Below are positions 62,328-64,000 of a stretch of 64,000 nucleotides of DNA, in pieces. Position 1 is the first letter of the stretch. Each line of letters starts with the position of its first letter. Under the pieces are notes generated by a model. The model worked only from the letters and a program-made list of their open reading frames with translations. It had not been told where the DNA came from and ran no database searches. The stretch comes from Candidatus Kaiserbacteria bacterium (GTDB lineage: Bacteria; Patescibacteriota; Minisyncoccia; Phycocordibacterales; UBA2100): NCBI GenBank assembly GCA_016217925.1, contig JACRFK010000003.1, positions 8,364-72,363 on the forward strand, in the 5' to 3' direction. The position numbers and the translations under genes are program-made.

Positions 62328-64000
62328 ATGGGAGGTTACGACCACAAGAAAATCGAGAAAAAGTGGCAAAAGAAATGGGAGAAAGACGGCCTCTACAAGA
62401 CACCCGATACATCCAAAGGGAAAGATAATTTTCACCTCCTCGTCGAATTTCCGTATCCTTCGGGCAATCTCCATGTGGGGCACTGGTACGCATTTGCCGT
62501 GCCCGATATTTTGGCCAGGCACTTGCGCATGCAGGGGAAGAACGTTTTGTACCCGATAGGGTTTGATGCCTTCGGGCTTCCGGCTGAGAACGCGGCTATC
62601 AAGAACAAACTCAATCCGCGGAAGTGGACGCTCGGCAATATCGAGTACATGAAGAAGCAAATCCGCTCGATGGGCACCTCATTCGACTGGTCGCGCGAAG
62701 TCGTCACCTGCGACCCCAGCTACTACAAATGGACGCAGTGGCTTTTCCTCCAACTCTTTAAGGCGGGATTGGTCTACCGCAAAGAAACCGCCGTGAATTG
62801 GTGCCCCAAGGATAAGACCGTGCTTGCCAACGAGCAGGTGGTAGACGGCAAGTGTGAGCGGTGCGACAGCGAGGTCGTGCAGAAGCAGATGCTTCAGTGG
62901 AACATCAAAATTACCGACTATGCGGAGCGCCTCATAGGTGACCTCGATGCCCTCGATTGGCCGAAAGAGATAAAGGAATCGCAGAAGAATTGGATAGGCC
63001 GCTCCGAAGGCGCGGAGATAGATTTCCCGCTCACGGGTGCTGTCAAAGACGACTCTCGTTTCCTTTTGTTGCACGGTAGAGAAAGCTCATCAGAAGGGGA
63101 GTACCAGCCGTGGCTCAAAGCCGAACTTGAAAAGCGCGGTTATGAAGTTGAGGTCGTTGATATGCCAAATCCCAGTGAGCCCGATGACGAGGAACAGGCA
63201 GATCATGTAGAGAAACACTGCACACTCGACGAGCGAACGGTCGTCGTCGGGCATTCATTTGGCGGAGTCGTCGCGATGCGCCTCTTGGAGCGAGGAAATA
63301 AAGTCAGGCGCGTTGTGTTCGTCGCGACGGCGGTTTCCGGGAAGTTCTTGGACGGGAAGATCCGCAAGAGCGTTACCAGAGCATGTAAGAAAGGTTTTGA
63401 TTTTGAGAAAATAAAAAAACAGGCGCGTACCTTTATGGTCGTCCCGGACCTCACCGACAAGATAATCCCGATATCCGACGCCGAAGCGTTAGCAAAAAAT
63501 CTAAACGCGATGTATGTGCCCGGCAAGGGGAATTCGCCGCATTTTACCGGCGAGAAAGAGCCGGATGTATTGATGATGTGCGCGCCGACCATTCGAGTAT
63601 TCACAACCCGTGCCGACACGCTCTTTGGCGGTACCTACCTCGTGCTTGCCCCGGAGCATCCTTGGGTGACGCTCGCTCTCGATAACAAACACAATGTCCT
63701 GAAGAATAAGGAAGAAGTGCTGACCTATGTTGGGAAGGCGAAAAAGAAAACGGAAATCGAGCGGCAGGCAGTCGAAAAAGAAAAGACGGGAGTCGAATTG
63801 AAGGGTGTGAAGGCAATCAATCCGGCTACTGGCCGTGAGATTCCGGTGTGGGTGGCAGACTTTGTACTCGGCCACTATGGCACAGGAGCGGTGTTTGCCG
63901 ATGCGCATGACGAACGCGATTTCGCTTTTGCGAAGAAATACGGAATACCGCTCAAGGAAACACTGGAGCCGCTTGTCGTGCGCACATCGGGAGCGGATAC
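62328..64000 (+). CDS. leuS: Leucine-tRNA ligase, 5' part (runs off window), with inserted alpha/beta-hydrolase domain
   Basis: Manual translation (absent from the ORF track): YDHKKIEKKWQ, FPYPSGNLHVGH, GFDAFGLPAENAA, WIGRSEG, FTTRADTLFG, GTGAVFADAHDERD. Confidence 0.96.
   Translation, partial: MGGYDHKKIEKKWQKKWEKDGLYKTPDTSKGKDNFHLLVEFPYPSGNLHVGHWYAFAVPDILARHLRMQGKNVLYPIGFDAFGLPAENAAIKNKLNPRKWTLGNIEYMKKQIRSMGTSFDWSREVVTCDPSYYKWTQWLFLQLFKAGLVYRKETAVNWCPKDKTVLANEQVVDGKCERCDSEVVQKQMLQWNIKITDYAERLIGDLDALDWPKEIKESQKNWIGRSEGAEIDFPLTGAVKDDSRFLLLHGRESSSEGEYQPWLKAELEKRGYEVEVVDMPNPSEPDDEEQADHVEKHCTLDERTVVVGHSFGGVVAMRLLERGNKVRRVVFVATAVSGKFLDGKIRKSVTRACKKGFDFEKIKKQARTFMVVPDLTDKIIPISDAEALAKNLNAMYVPGKGNSPHFTGEKEPDVLMMCAPTIRVFTTRADTLFGGTYLVLAPEHPWVTLALDNKHNVLKNKEEVLTYVGKAKKKTEIERQAVEKEKTGVELKGVKAINPATGREIPVWVADFVLGHYGTGAVFADAHDERDFAFAKKYGIPLKETLEPLVVRTSGAD

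Noticed and set aside
63051-63590. LeuRS insert as an intein or intron
   Set aside because: No N-terminal Cys/Ser block, no C-terminal His-Asn and no endonuclease motif. The frame is open and reads as an alpha/beta hydrolase.

Overview
This window is a chromosomal segment of a Patescibacteria/CPR bacterium, probably Parcubacteria. That assignment is inferred from the gene set, the truncated ATP synthase delta and epsilon subunits, the tRNAs without CCA and the lack of Shine-Dalgarno leaders. It uses standard genetic code 11. It carries a mevalonate cluster: uppS, two GHMP kinases, a decarboxylase, HMG-CoA reductase, archaeal-type HMG-CoA synthase and thiolase, a DUF35-type OB-fold fused to a guanylate-kinase-like domain, and IDI-1. 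It also carries ppsA, glpX-fba, def-fmt, frr-rseP-proS-mreBCD-pbp, prs, guaA, mraZ-rsmH-ftsL-ftsI, ahcY, a full atp operon, ychF, the 5' part of leuS and 8 tRNAs. The main observations are: (1) the DUF35-kinase fusion and a decarboxylase lacking its canonical catalytic Asp; (2) several families of short palindromic elements next to a REP-flanked Y1 (RAYT-like) transposase, including a 30-bp double hairpin inserted in frame in fba, rsmH and atpA, and a CCCCGT...ACGGGG MITE-like family with 4-bp target duplications that remodels gene starts; (3) an alpha/beta-hydrolase domain inserted in the LeuRS CP1 domain; (4) a recurrent TAnnnT-N6-ATG leaderless gene architecture. All calls come from reading motifs by eye; no database searches were run.
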